NCBI GenBank assembly: GCA_963760795.1
Contig: CAVXEP010000012.1
Span: forward strand, 224,001 to 288,000
Length of the DNA: 64,000 nt
Reading direction: 5' to 3'
Origin: an uncultured delta proteobacterium
GTDB taxonomy: Bacteria; Desulfobacterota; Binatia; UBA9968
The translations under genes and the position numbers were made by a program. Positions 28,550 through 39,897 of this stretch are shown here, one piece after another. Under the pieces are notes generated by a model that saw only the letters and a program-made list of their open reading frames with translations, searched no databases and was not told where the DNA came from. The stretch's first letter is position 1; each line of letters begins with the position of its first letter.

Positions 28550-28997
28550 GCGCGAGCTATCGCCGGCGTCAGCGAAATCTTAGCCTACGGCACGGCTGTC
28601 TACGTGGAAGCTTTCCGTGGATAAAAAAATGCCAAGCGCTGTTGGCTTGGCGTTGGTCATTCTTGGGAAACAAACCATCATCGGTAACGGTCACCTGGTT
28701 GCTCACTGTCACTGATTAATTTGGTTTAGCAAATTCTCTGAATCACCGCCTCGCGCACTTACCGCTCTAATCAACCTAGCGACATCCGCTGGCCCGATGG
28801 CATCGGCTGCACAGGCACGCGAATGCGTCGCGCGACCGCAAGACGTACACACCTTGAGGCCGGGAACGTCTTCTGCCTCGAAGCTCTGGCTTCACGGCTA
28901 CACTGAACTGGACAAGAGCACGCGCACAAAGGGGGAGCAAAGATTTTGCAATGCGAGGAGCGGCCCCGCTATGACGGTGGGATCTCCTTTATGACCG

Positions 28998-30641
28998 TTA
29001 CTGCTCCAGCCAAGTGCGCCAGAGGCCGCCCTTGGCATGGAAGTATTCTTGCTCCGGACCGCGCTCCCAATTCTTCACTTTGTCGCGCCAGACGAAGTTC
29101 CGGTCGTTCGCCCAGCCGATCACGTAGTAGGCCACCTCATCGTTGAATAACTTTTGCGCCACTGTTTTCCAGATCGCCAGACGCTTGGACCGGCTCGGCT
29201 CCTCCATATACTGGGTCACTAATTTGTCCGACTGAGGCGAGCAGTACCTGGCGACGTTGCCGATCCCTGGTTTGCCGTCGGCGCAGGCAATGTACTGCAC
29301 ATTGGCAACCAGCGGCTCGCCCATGCCACCGCCGCCGTACACCGAAACGTTCAGCTCTCCAGCGATAGTTTTCTGGATGAGCTCGGCTCCGGCGAGGTTC
29401 TGCACCGAGAATTTGATACCCGCCTCCGAAGCCTGGCGCACCACAGCCTCGGTCCACGGATCGTCCTGCCCTCTGGTGGATCCAATGGTAATAGGCTTGC
29501 CTGAGTAACCGGCTTCCTTGAGCAGGCGCTTGGCTTCCTCGATGTTGCGCTTCCATTTAAAGGCGATGGCGCTTTCCCAGTCGGTGCCTGCCGCTCCCCA
29601 GGTCTGCACCGGGACGCCGAAGCCAAACGTGGCCTCCGTCAGGATCGCCTCGCGGTCCAACGACAGAGCAATTGCCTTACGCACCCTAGGGTCCGAAGTC
29701 GGCGCGGACTGGGTATTGAGGACCAATTGTTTGATGCCCACCGTGCCGATGGGCATGAAGTGCAAGCCCTTGAGCGCGCCGCTTTTGATGCGCTGCACGA
29801 AGGTCGGACCCAAGCGCTCGATGACATCGATGTCCCCTGCCTGGATGGCGGCCGCCCTGGAGTTGGTTTCGGTGATGACGCGGAATCGAACGCCCTCCAG
29901 ATAGGGGGCGCCGCCCCAATAATCATCGTTGCGGACAACGTTGATTTCCTGGCCGGGAATCCATGCCTTGAATTTGAAGGGGCCGGTGCCCGGAGGCGGC
30001 GCGCCGCCGACCATCTCTTGTTGCCCGCTTGCCATGGACTTGGCGGGCGCGATGTGCAGGGTGGAGGTATTGCTAAGAATCTCCGGAAACAAGCCGCGCG
30101 GGCCGGGCAAGGTGAACTTCACGGTGTATTTGTCCAGCGCCACAACCTCGCGAACGTTGGCGGACAACTGTCCCTGACCCGCTGCGCCGTTGGCGGGATT
30201 CATAATATGCTTGGCGGACCAGACGACATCCTCCGCGGTCAGTTCCTTGCCGTCGTGGAATTTCACCCCCTGACGAATCTTGAACGTCCACTGGCTGGAA
30301 TTTGCGTTCGCGGTCCAACTTTGCGCGAGCCACGGGTGAATCTCGCCCTTCTGATCGTTCATCACCAGCGGTTCATACATGTTTTCTTTCACGAACTGGG
30401 GCACCGAGGTGTAATCAACAAACGGAATCGGCGTCCCAATATCCTTCACGATGCCGAACCTTAGCGTTCCGCCGCTGCGCGGTTGTCCAGGCGCCGGAGA
30501 CTGAAACACCTTCTGTGCTGCAATCGCTGGGTGTGGAGTTAAAATCTTGCCGGCATCATAGCCAGCGATAAGGCCTAACAACAAAAGCGCCGCGCCAACA
30601 AATGACCAGCGCATAACACCCTTCCTGCTCCAGACTTTCAT
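28998..30641 (-). CDS. ABC transporter substrate-binding protein, family 5 (peptide/nickel)
   Basis: PWLAQSW, IRQGVKFHDG, GTGPFKF, EEAKRLLKEAG. Confidence 0.9.
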   Translation of the reverse strand: MKVWSRKGVMRWSFVGAALLLLGLIAGYDAGKILTPHPAIAAQKVFQSPAPGQPRSGGTLRFGIVKDIGTPIPFVDYTSVPQFVKENMYEPLVMNDQKGEIHPWLAQSWTANANSSQWTFKIRQGVKFHDGKELTAEDVVWSAKHIMNPANGAAGQGQLSANVREVVALDKYTVKFTLPGPRGLFPEILSNTSTLHIAPAKSMASGQQEMVGGAPPPGTGPFKFKAWIPGQEINVVRNDDYWGGAPYLEGVRFRVITETNSRAAAIQAGDIDVIERLGPTFVQRIKSGALKGLHFMPIGTVGIKQLVLNTQSAPTSDPRVRKAIALSLDREAILTEATFGFGVPVQTWGAAGTDWESAIAFKWKRNIEEAKRLLKEAGYSGKPITIGSTRGQDDPWTEAVVRQASEAGIKFSVQNLAGAELIQKTIAGELNVSVYGGGGMGEPLVANVQYIACADGKPGIGNVARYCSPQSDKLVTQYMEEPSRSKRLAIWKTVAQKLFNDEVAYYVIGWANDRNFVWRDKVKNWERGPEQEYFHAKGGLWRTWLEQ

Positions 30642-30780
30642 CGAGAAACCTCCCACGATTTTTTAACTGCCAATGGCCAGCCACCGACGCATACAGTAAA
30701 GCGCTCATCCTCGGTCAATCTGACCGATCAACCAACTAAGCCGATAGGGTCGTAGATGTTCACTCGCTCGAAGCGGTGGA

Positions 30781-30810
30781 ACGTTAGCACCGCCGCAAGA
30801 GAAGTGTCAA
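30781..30810 (-). promoter_or_regulatory. Putative sigma-70 promoter of the SBP gene
   Basis: TTGACA-N18-TAACGT with extended -10 TG. Confidence 0.45.
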
Positions 30811-31063
30811 GAAAAAGCATAACTAAGAATACCCATGATTAAGAAACAATAAAGGCATTGTTGAAATCCAACAACGCGCCGGATTTCGTTTGTTAAAATT
30901 TGGCCTCTCGTTGTACGATTCGCCGACCTCGCGCGGGTGGATTCACAACGCCATGATCGTTTCCCGGAACAGTCCTTTCCATGAGGGTTGGCGCGGGCGG
31001 TTATGCTTAACTGCGATCACCGCATGAGGGTTCCGGCAGGTTTTTGGTCAGGAGGATCCGGCG

Positions 31064-32026
31064 ATGATCTTTAGGTATGGCGCCATGCGCCTTGTGCAAT
31101 TGATTCCCATGGTCCTGGTTGTCACCATGGTGGTCTTTTTCGTCATGATGATCGTCCCTGGGGACCCGGTCATGGTGATGCTGGGCGCGGTGGATGGCGC
31201 GCAGATTTCACGGGAAGTCTATGACGCGATGCGCGCGCGGCTCGGATTGGACCAGCCGCTTATCGTTCAGTACCTCAACTGGCTCACGCACATGCTTCAA
31301 GGAGATTTGGGCAGCTCGATAACGCACCGAACTCCAGCCCTGGCGGTCATTTTGCAGCGCTTGGTGCCGACCATGTACCTGATGGTTGGCGGTCTCATCA
31401 TGGCCGTAATCCTTGCCGTGCCCGCTGGCGTGCTCGCGGCCATTCATCACGATACCAAATGGGACCACTTGGCCACGGGCTTCGTCGTCTTCGGCATCTC
31501 GGTGCCGACCTTCTGGCTGGCCCTGGTCGCCATTTTGATTTTCGCGGTGTACCTGGGCTGGCTCCCATCCATCGGTTATACGCCGCCCCAGGAAAACTTC
31601 GTGGAATTCTTGAAACACCTTGTCTTGCCCATGACCGTGGTGGCCTTGAACATCGCCGCCACAGTCCTGCGCTTCCAGCGCCAAGACTTCCTTGAACAAA
31701 TGCAGCAGGATTACGTTCGGACGGCCAGGGCAAAGGGATTGAGCGAGAAGCTGGTGATGTGGAAGCATGTGCTGCGCAACTCGCTGATGACAACGCTGAC
31801 TGTGGTGGGCTTGCAGATGGCCTATTTGAGCGGACTGATCACCATCGTGGAAACTGTCTTCAACTATCCCGGCATCGGTTTTCTCCTGTTGAATTCCATA
31901 AACACCCGGGACTTCGTGGTCGTCCAAGGCGTGGTTCTGTTCATGGTCTTCCTTGTCATCGCCGTCAACCTGCTGGTCGACATTCTCTACACCGTGGTGG
32001 ACCCCAGGGTCCAATTACACCAATGA
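31064..32026 (+). CDS. ABC transporter permease (DppB/OppB family)
   Basis: PGDP, GLDQPLIVQY, DYVRTARAKGL, ETVFNYPGIG. Confidence 0.92.
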   Translation: MIFRYGAMRLVQLIPMVLVVTMVVFFVMMIVPGDPVMVMLGAVDGAQISREVYDAMRARLGLDQPLIVQYLNWLTHMLQGDLGSSITHRTPALAVILQRLVPTMYLMVGGLIMAVILAVPAGVLAAIHHDTKWDHLATGFVVFGISVPTFWLALVAILIFAVYLGWLPSIGYTPPQENFVEFLKHLVLPMTVVALNIAATVLRFQRQDFLEQMQQDYVRTARAKGLSEKLVMWKHVLRNSLMTTLTVVGLQMAYLSGLITIVETVFNYPGIGFLLLNSINTRDFVVVQGVVLFMVFLVIAVNLLVDILYTVVDPRVQLHQ

Positions 32027-32958
32027 AGGATGAATTTGTCATGGCGGCTCGATCCACCGATGATTCCCCAATCATCGGACGTTCAGCTTCGCGCGCATTA
32101 AGCATCACGCGCACCAGCATCGCATTCGCGCTCAGCGACCGGCGTGCTATGGTCGGCGGGATTTTGCTCATCCTCTACATTCTTATCGCCCTTCTGGGAC
32201 CCGGTATTTCTCGCCACGATTTAAATGCGCCCAATCTTGCAGTGCGGATGCACCCGCCGAGTTCGACCCACTGGCTGGGGACGGACCGCATCGGCAGGGA
32301 CGTCCTGACCCGTATCATTGCCGGGTCTCAGGTCAGCTTGCAGGTGGCGGCGGGAGCAGTCATCTTGGCACTTTTCCTGGGCGCGCCGCTGGGTGCTTTG
32401 GGCAGCTATTTCGGCGGGGCGCTCGATGCGCTGGTTCAACGCGTGATGGAGGGCATCATGGCCTTCCCCTCTCTGGTGCTGGCAATGGCTTTGGTGGCGT
32501 TGGCCGGACCCAGCGTCATCATGCTGTGGTGCGCTATCGCATTCAGCTCCGTTCCCCGCTACGCGCGCCTGGTCAGAAGCGGCGTGCTGACGCAGAAGGA
32601 GCGGGAATATGTCGACGCGGCTCGGGCCATGGGACAATCTCCCATGCGTATCCTACTTAGACAGATTCTGCCGAACATCATGGCACCCATCGCGGTACAA
32701 TTTACGCTCGACCTGGCTCGGGCCATCAGTGTGGAAGCGGCCCTCAGCTATCTCGGCCTTGGACTGTCCGTGCCCTATATCAGCTGGGGCACGATGATCA
32801 GGGACGCCCAGGACTTTTTAGAGGTGGCGCCATGGCTGGCGATTTTCCCCGGACTGGCCTTGGCGGGGTTCATCCTGGCATTCACCCTGGTCGGCGACGC
32901 CTTGCGCGACCGCATGGACCCACGCATGCGCAGAAGCTTGAGCCGGCGGATGTTCTAG
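32023..32958 (+). CDS. ABC transporter permease (DppC/OppC family)
   Basis: HWLGTDRIGRD, EYVDAARAMG, LSYLGLG, GDALRDRMDP; ATGA overlap with upstream gene. Confidence 0.92.
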   Translation: MKDEFVMAARSTDDSPIIGRSASRALSITRTSIAFALSDRRAMVGGILLILYILIALLGPGISRHDLNAPNLAVRMHPPSSTHWLGTDRIGRDVLTRIIAGSQVSLQVAAGAVILALFLGAPLGALGSYFGGALDALVQRVMEGIMAFPSLVLAMALVALAGPSVIMLWCAIAFSSVPRYARLVRSGVLTQKEREYVDAARAMGQSPMRILLRQILPNIMAPIAVQFTLDLARAISVEAALSYLGLGLSVPYISWGTMIRDAQDFLEVAPWLAIFPGLALAGFILAFTLVGDALRDRMDPRMRRSLSRRMF

Positions 32959-33017
32959 ACATAACGATACATTTGGCAGCAACGTTCATTGGCAAGAATT
33001 TTCGACCAGGAGGGACC

Positions 33018-33437
33018 ATGGGCATCGAAGCAATCGATCACTGGGTACTGGTAGTCAAGGATCTGGAAGCAACCTTCGCTTTCTACCGCAAGCTCGGTCT
33101 GGAGGCGGGTTGGCAGGAGCGTCCGGGTGGGCGGGGAACTCGACCGATCATCCGCATCAGCGAGACGCAGAAGCTAAACCTTTACGTCGTCGATCGCTAT
33201 GAGATTGAGAGTCCGACCCACGCGCCGGGCTACGCCTTGGGATCGGCAGACTTCTGCTTAAAGTGGAAAGGCACCGTGCAGGAGGCCCAGGACTTTCTCA
33301 AACAGGCTGGAGTCCCGGTGCTCCACGATCCCGCCGCCCGTTCAGGCGCCCTCGGTCCAGGCACCAGTCTGTACGTGCGTGACCCCGATAACAATTTGAT
33401 CGAGCTGATAACCTACGGCGACCCCAAGTACCAATAG
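33018..33437 (+). CDS. VOC/glyoxalase family protein
   Basis: IDHWVLVV, GSADFC, SLYVRDPDNNLIEL. Confidence 0.85.
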   Translation: MGIEAIDHWVLVVKDLEATFAFYRKLGLEAGWQERPGGRGTRPIIRISETQKLNLYVVDRYEIESPTHAPGYALGSADFCLKWKGTVQEAQDFLKQAGVPVLHDPAARSGALGPGTSLYVRDPDNNLIELITYGDPKYQ

Positions 33438-33465
33438 TTCGGACAACTAAAATTATCCGTTGGCG

Positions 33466-34680
33466 CTAAGCGCCAGGCTTCGCAGTTTCAGGCTGCGGGC
33501 CAACGGTGATCGGACCTGGCCGATATAGCGGCTGGTTGATTTGCGACTTATCGACATCGAGTTTGTAAAGCCCGATGGCGTTGTCCATCAAGATCTTCTT
33601 GCGGTCATCCACCGATACCACGTCCTGGATTGAGTGAGTCCGGCACCACACCGACTTGGGCCAGGTGGTCGTGCCGTGGGGGTAATCGGTGGAGTACATG
33701 ATCTTGTCGACGCCGATCTCATCGCGGCTTCTGATACCGTGGCGCTCATGCCAGAAAGTGCTCCACATGTTGGACCGAAACGCCTCACTGGGTTTCTTGG
33801 TGAGCGTGGTGTTTTTCGCTACCCTGCGCTCGTCAAACTCATGGTCCAGTTCTTCTAACAGATACGGCAGCCAACCCACGCCGCTCTCGACACTGATGGT
33901 CTTCAACTTGGGAAATTTTTCAAACACGCCCGAATAGAGAATGTTGGAGACGATCTCCATGTGGCTGACAAAGGTCATGGAAACCTGCAGAGCGGTCCTC
34001 GCGCCTCCCTGCAAGGATTCCCAGGCCGGCAAGGCCGGCAAGGCGGTGGAGTGCAAGCATAGGGGAACATCCAGGTCGCAGCACGCCTGGAAGACCGGGT
34101 ACCAATAGGGATCGTTGAAATATTTCAGCCCGAGGACGTGCGGCGCGCCGTGCCAGGCCAAAGCTTTGTGGCCGCGCTTCACGGCGCGATGGATCTCGGC
34201 AACGCACAAGTTCACGTCCCACATCGGGGTCACGCACTGGGCGATGAACCTGGGCGAATAGTCTTGCCACTCTTCGATGAGCCAGTCGTTGTAAGCGCGA
34301 ATACAGGCCAGACGGAACTCTTCACTGCCTTCTTTCTGAAAATTCTGATTGGTGATGCCGATGATGTTGGGGAACAGCACCGAAGCGTCCACTTCCTCTT
34401 GGTCAAGAATCTTCAGACGCTCGGCCGCGACGTAGGTGGAAGGGGGCACTTCGTCCCAGGTGCGCACCTTGGCTTTGACACCGGCGATGCGCGCCAGCCC
34501 GCCGAATCCTTGCGCGTTGCCGCCCAACGCCCAGGTTTGGCTGCCGTCTGGCAGCTCGACGATGTGCGGGATGTCATCGCCAAACTTGGCTTTGGACATC
34601 CGGTTGGTCCAAACATCGGGGGCTTCTTGGACGTGATCATCAGCGGAGACGACGCCATACTTCATCTTCAGGATTGCCAT
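33466..34680 (-). CDS. Amidohydrolase family protein (Amidohydro_2)
   Basis: VSADDH, RAYNDW, LCLH, ESGVGW, STDYPH. Confidence 0.88.
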   Translation of the reverse strand: MAILKMKYGVVSADDHVQEAPDVWTNRMSKAKFGDDIPHIVELPDGSQTWALGGNAQGFGGLARIAGVKAKVRTWDEVPPSTYVAAERLKILDQEEVDASVLFPNIIGITNQNFQKEGSEEFRLACIRAYNDWLIEEWQDYSPRFIAQCVTPMWDVNLCVAEIHRAVKRGHKALAWHGAPHVLGLKYFNDPYWYPVFQACCDLDVPLCLHSTALPALPAWESLQGGARTALQVSMTFVSHMEIVSNILYSGVFEKFPKLKTISVESGVGWLPYLLEELDHEFDERRVAKNTTLTKKPSEAFRSNMWSTFWHERHGIRSRDEIGVDKIMYSTDYPHGTTTWPKSVWCRTHSIQDVVSVDDRKKILMDNAIGLYKLDVDKSQINQPLYRPGPITVGPQPETAKPGA

Positions 34681-34951
34681 AGGAACTCCTTGCGCAATAG
34701 TTGCAGCCAATTTGTCAGGGAACCCCGTGTCAGTCGAAAGGGCCCCGTCGAACCCTGACGAGACGAGACTGCACTGTCATTGGCCGTCCCACTGCCAAAA
34801 CCGGACATTGCTATTTCAACCAGTGCCAACCCAGGCCGGCAAACGAAGCCGAATCTACGCTCGCCGGTAAATTTCTGTCAATTGTCAGCGGAGAAATTAG
34901 CAACTTGAACACTGCAGCGGCGGACGCGTGAAAGCGCAGGTTCTAAGCCCG

Positions 34952-35752
34952 CTAGGAACTTCCAATGGTTCCGCCGTTGACCACCAGCGTTTGCCCGGTG
35001 ATAAACCGCGCCATCTTTGAGGCGAGGAATAGAGCGGCCTGAGCAATATCCTCCGGCTCTCCCCTACTCCCCAACGGGTTAGAGCTGACTACCATTCGGC
35101 TTGCAGGAAGTTCATCTCGAGCTGCCGAGGTGGGACTTCCAGTGTTGATGCCACCCGGCGCTATGGCATTGATCCTGATCCCTAAAGGCCCGAGTTCAAA
35201 GGCCAGCACTCGTGTCAATTGAATAATCGCTGCCTTGGACGCGGCGTAGTGGACGCCTTGCCCGCGGCTGTAAAAAAGCCCGGCGTGAGACGCGATGTTG
35301 ATGATGCAGCCGGTTCGCTTTGCCATCATCATGCGGGCAGCCCGCTGAGAGCACATGAAGGTTCCCTTCAGGTTGACCGCAAGCACGCTGTCCCATTCGG
35401 AATCGGCGATCTCCAGGAAAGGCCGTCTAAACCAGATGCCGGTGTTGTTGACCAAAATATCTACGCCGGCGAATTTTTCTTGCACGGTGCCGAACAACCG
35501 GTCCACGTCCGCAGGCGAGGCAACGTCAGTCTTGACCGCCAACGCCTTTCTGCCGATCTGCTCCATCCTCTCGGCGATCTTGCGGGCGCTATCTTCGTTG
35601 ATGTCGGCGATGACAAGGTCAGCGCCGGCCCTGGCAAACGCTTCGGCGATAGCGGCGCCGATGCCGCGGCCGGCCCCGGTGACGATGGCCAGCTTACCGC
35701 TTAGATCGATGACTGCTTCTGACTTTGACTGCACGGATATTTCCTTGGGCAT
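34952..35752 (-). CDS. Short-chain dehydrogenase/reductase
   Basis: TGAGRGIG, catalytic YAASK, NAIAPG. Confidence 0.92.
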   Translation of the reverse strand: MPKEISVQSKSEAVIDLSGKLAIVTGAGRGIGAAIAEAFARAGADLVIADINEDSARKIAERMEQIGRKALAVKTDVASPADVDRLFGTVQEKFAGVDILVNNTGIWFRRPFLEIADSEWDSVLAVNLKGTFMCSQRAARMMMAKRTGCIINIASHAGLFYSRGQGVHYAASKAAIIQLTRVLAFELGPLGIRINAIAPGGINTGSPTSAARDELPASRMVVSSNPLGSRGEPEDIAQAALFLASKMARFITGQTLVVNGGTIGSS

Positions 35753-36113
35753 CGCACACGGGTCTTGTCACCCACGAGCGAGTCTTAGCAAATTCATGAT
35801 AAATCGCCAACTCGCGCGCAAGAGCTTTAGACGTACGGACCGCTATTATCGAACTTACAACAAATCAGTGAGAGATCAGGTTACGCCTACGGTAATTATT
35901 GATACCTAGCGTCACTCCAGTGAAGATTCTCCCGTTCAGAAGTTCAAGAGCCTGCCCTGAGTATGTCGAAAGGTCCAAGGGCGCGGGAAAAAAAAGAACC
36001 CGTTTCCCCTCATGCTCACTAATGGTTGCCTCTTGGATGATTTGTCCGTGTCCATCTTGATCGGCAAACAGTTCCGCGTGTTCGACAATTGCCGAACGAT
36101 GCTTGCCCTTGAA

Positions 36114-37995
36114 TCAAGGCAGGCTGTTCGCGTGCTCCATCAGGATGCGCTTCACTTCCTGAATCGTCTCCGGGTTGCCCTGCATCGAATGCGCCGAATG
36201 GACGATCTTCTCCGATGCGACGCCGTCGATGTGCGCGCTCGAATATTTTACCACTCCGTCTCCTCCATCTGCCGGCGGGCCACCGCCTTCCACGCCGACG
36301 ATGGAATGGGCGATCACTCCATCGGCGATGGGGGTCGCCGATAAGGCCACGATGAAGCGATTGGTCGGGTTCATGTTATCGATGCTGGTTGGGATGCCGG
36401 TCATGGGGCCGACGTACAATCCCTTGCTCTTTAGCGTCACTAGGTCGACACTCATTTTGGTAAAACGGCCCGGCATAGTCACCAGCCAGGAGCCGATCCG
36501 TCCCAGCACGCCGAGAGCCTGATAACTGCCGCGATGCGGCGTCGCAATAAATATCACTCGGCGGACAAACGGAAGCGGCTTGAACAGTAGCGAATTGGCA
36601 AGCAGGTCACGCGTTTCAACGTCAATATCCAACTTCTCCGGCGGCACGGTGAAAGGCCACAGGTGCAGTGCCGCTATCGATCACCGTCATCTTGGTCAAC
36701 AATCCCCCTTGACTATGGCCCGCGACGACGAGCTGTCGGAGGCCTGGATCCTTTCCCTCCGGATCCAGCTCTTTCACGACACTAAGCAAATTATCGCGCA
36801 GGAGCATCGCCGAATAAGCGATCGGATTACCGGTGTTGTACATGAATAGCCAGATCTCATAATTTTCCCAAAACCTGGGGTCATTCTCTAATTCGTTGAT
36901 CAGCTCGGCCCAGCGCGCCGGGCTCGAGGCGGTGCCGTGCACGAGCACCACCGGGATACGGCCGACCTTATGCGGGTGAAGCATGAACAACCCTTGCCGC
37001 AAGTTTGCGCCACTGGGCGCGAAGTCGCCGGATCTGAATCCGGCAATTTCGAAGTCCCAAACCGGCGCGCCTTCCAGAGTGAAGGCCAGTGCGGAAGTGG
37101 TTTCGTATTCGATCGACACGTCCATGCCTGCGACCTTGAGCGTTCTGGCGGAATCCGGAGTGTAAAATTCCAGCTCGCCGCGCAGCTTTCCGGAAGCCAA
37201 TGCCGCGCGCGGATCGTCAAGCCGCAGAAATGCCGTGACCGGAATCCTCAGCCGCAGCGGAATACGCATGGTCTGTTTGACGGCTGCTCCTTCAATCGGC
37301 TCGAGCGACGCGGCGAGAGGCGCGCCGATACCCGGCGTGCGGTAGCGATTACGCAGACCACGCACTTCGACGTCGGCCGCGGGAACGAAATCCTTCATGC
37401 GGAAGCCGCCCCATAGGAGATCGCGTTCATTGAACGAGACTGTAAGCTCGCCGAAGGGCAGCTTGAAGGTGCCGCCCATGGGGATGGCGTAGGCGCCTTC
37501 GGCTGACTTGGCCGCTTGGGTCAGCGAGTGATTGTAGAGATCCGCCGCCCAGCGCACTCGCGGGTCGGTTGCCCGGGGCGGCGTGCCGTGCTGGCCGGGA
37601 AGAAGAAATGCGTAAGCATAGATGGCGGACGCGAGATAATAGGATCGCTCGCCGCTCTTCTGGGCGTGCAGAAAAGAAAGCTCGGCCAGCGCAAAAATCC
37701 GATCCTCATCGCCTTTTGGCGCCAAACTCGCATGCAGATCGGCCAGCGCCTTTTGCGGATTGTCTGCGAATTCCTGGTAAAGATTAGAATTGATCAGCTC
37801 CCGCGACGAAAACGAGCTTGCCCGCTCGGACGATATCGCGTTTGCCGTGAGCGACTGATAGGCGACACGGCGATCCACATAGTTTACGCCGATCGGCGTC
37901 GCGCAGCCGGCTAAAAACCCTGCAAGCAAGTAAAGCGCGGTGAATCTAACGATTATTCCCTGGCTCAATTGTATGAAGTTCTCGAACCGACTCAT
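36114..37995 (-). CDS. Alpha/beta-hydrolase (lipase-like) lipoprotein, frameshifted near 36665
   Basis: LAGC lipobox, VLVHGTAS, nucleophile GHSQGG; C-terminal part (ATPHRGS, DGVV..SAH) is in ORF 36114-36647. Confidence 0.75.
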
Positions 37996-38075
37996 GTCAT
38001 CTCCCTTACCACGAAAAAGGTTTATTCTGCAGCCGCCAATTATCGACCCGAGCTTTTGTCTCGGAGAGCAGCGAA

Positions 38076-38402
38076 TCATTGTTTCTCCACCTCCGGCGCG
38101 CGCCCGGTCAGCGTGTGACGCATCGATGGATAGAGCGTCAATTGTCGGATGTTGCCCTCGATCTCCTTGCCGAACGAGATGGCCGCATCCCGAATCACGA
38201 CGCGGGGTCGGGGAAACCAAAAGAGATCGATCTTTTCGATCCGCGCCACGCCGTTGGTCCTATCAGCGACGAAAGCGCGAGCTTTTGCCTTGACGGCGTC
38301 GCCGTCGACGATCATTGGAATTAGCAGTATCAAGGCGAACGACGACAACAGAAAAAGTCCAGAGATGAGCGCAACCCATCTGACGACACGCGACTGGTTC
38401 AT
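38076..38402 (-). pseudogene. Truncated N-terminal fragment of an AsmA-like membrane-anchored protein
   Basis: TM anchor followed by IDLFWFPRPRVVIRDAAI-type beta strands, ending after about 100 aa. Confidence 0.4.
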
Positions 38403-38466
38403 TTATTGTATGAATACAGTAGAAGGCACTAGATTCCGCCAAACCGGCTACTCGCCCGTTGGTCAC

Positions 38467-39471
38467 TTACTTCTGCCGTGGCCCGGGCATCGGCAGTCCT
38501 TCGCGGATGCGCTGCGAAAACGCTGGGTCCTTTTCGGCGCCATGCGCGCGGGAGTTCACCAATGACAGCTTTTCGAGCTCGACGAAGGGACGCGAGGTGT
38601 CGATCCGGCCAAGATCGTAGAGATAATCCGGCACGTAGCCGCTCAGCAGGACTTTCCAAGACATGCGCGGCGCCCCCGGGTTCATGCGCGTGTGAAATAA
38701 AATACTCGTCGTGCAATTGGTCGTCAGCGTATTGTAATAACTCGGCCGCTCGCGCAAATCGTTTATCGACTTTATGTAGTCGAGAAAAATTCGCCGGACA
38801 TTTTCAATCGGCGCGTTGGTGCGGTAGACATAAACGTCCTCCTGGGGTTGGCGATAGGTCGTGCGCACGCCGATCACGTCGCGCTCGTCGGCAACGACGT
38901 AGTAAAGCTCATACTGTCTGAAAAAACCCGCCAGGGTCGAATAACTCTCGCCCTTCTCTTTGCGGGTTTCGATGGACACCGCGAGATAATCTTTGCCCGC
39001 GAAACCGAAGCTCACCATGACATGAGCGATGGCCTTGCCGGCCCAGTAGACCGCGATGACGTCCGCGGAATCCAGCTTGCTGAGATCGTAGGTGCGGGTG
39101 TCCCAGCGCGGATCGAAGTCGGTTTCCGTGCGATAGTCAAAATTTCTGATGTTGTGAATCGTAATCAGATCGCCGTTGATCGTCGCATAAGGCAAATTGG
39201 CTACTTCCGGCTGCCAATCGCGATCGTTCGACGCGGGGATGCGGAAAAACAATCCGACGAGCAAGGCAAACACGATGACCGCGACAATCGCGGTTCGTCC
39301 GCGCTGCGGCAAGAACAGAAAGGCGAGAACGGTGAGCAGGACTAAGGTTACCGCGGCCGGTGCGCGCCAAGCCTTGGGCAATAACGGCGCGTAGTACAAC
39401 GCGCCGGCACTCCATAGCAGCAAGCCCGCAAGCAAGATCCCGAGAATGATTTGACCGATTCGTCGTGCCAT
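38467..39471 (-). CDS. DUF4105 (Lnb N-terminal-like) domain membrane protein
   Basis: Three N-terminal TM helices; NIRNFDY, AHVMVSFGF, SIETRKE, YNTLTTNCTT. Confidence 0.85.
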   Translation of the reverse strand: MARRIGQIILGILLAGLLLWSAGALYYAPLLPKAWRAPAAVTLVLLTVLAFLFLPQRGRTAIVAVIVFALLVGLFFRIPASNDRDWQPEVANLPYATINGDLITIHNIRNFDYRTETDFDPRWDTRTYDLSKLDSADVIAVYWAGKAIAHVMVSFGFAGKDYLAVSIETRKEKGESYSTLAGFFRQYELYYVVADERDVIGVRTTYRQPQEDVYVYRTNAPIENVRRIFLDYIKSINDLRERPSYYNTLTTNCTTSILFHTRMNPGAPRMSWKVLLSGYVPDYLYDLGRIDTSRPFVELEKLSLVNSRAHGAEKDPAFSQRIREGLPMPGPRQK

Positions 39472-39639
39472 TACCGCTGCGCCGTGTTTCTGCTTGCCGG
39501 CCCCTTCGTCAGCGCGCCAGGGACCGCATCATGCCGCGCATGTCCTGCACGCGCATGAGATCCTGCTGGCGCTGGAGTGGTTTTTCATTGAACCCGTGGC
39601 GGTCCTGGATATTTGATAACACGGAGTTTGAATAGTTGC

Positions 39640-39661
39640 CTATTAGACCTTGGTCCAATAG
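39640..39661 (-). promoter_or_regulatory. Palindromic activator-like site, copy 1
   Basis: CTATTAGACCTTGGTCCAATAG; TATCAA lies 21 nt downstream on the minus strand. Confidence 0.6.
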
Positions 39662-39842
39662 GCAGGCTGCTGAAAAAGACCCCTATGCCGATTGCCCTGA
39701 GCATTGTCGAAGGGTGCGCTCAATCGCCTCGCTGCGACGTATTGAGAGCACGCCCTTAGCCTATCCTGAGAAGTCGAAGGAAGCGAATTCGAAGGATCGA
39801 TTTTTCGCGCGCCTCGCCTCTGGATCTTTTTGAGCAGCCTGC
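39662..39842. mobile_element. MITE-like non-autonomous element of about 180 bp
   Basis: Terminal inverted repeats GCAGGCTGCTGAAAAAGA / TCTTTTTGAGCAGCCTGC (17/18 match), TAG near both flanks, no coding capacity. Confidence 0.7.
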
Positions 39843-39897
39843 TAGTCCATGACAGTTACTTACCGCGTAGCATTGCCTTGCCATGACTCGATAGGGG

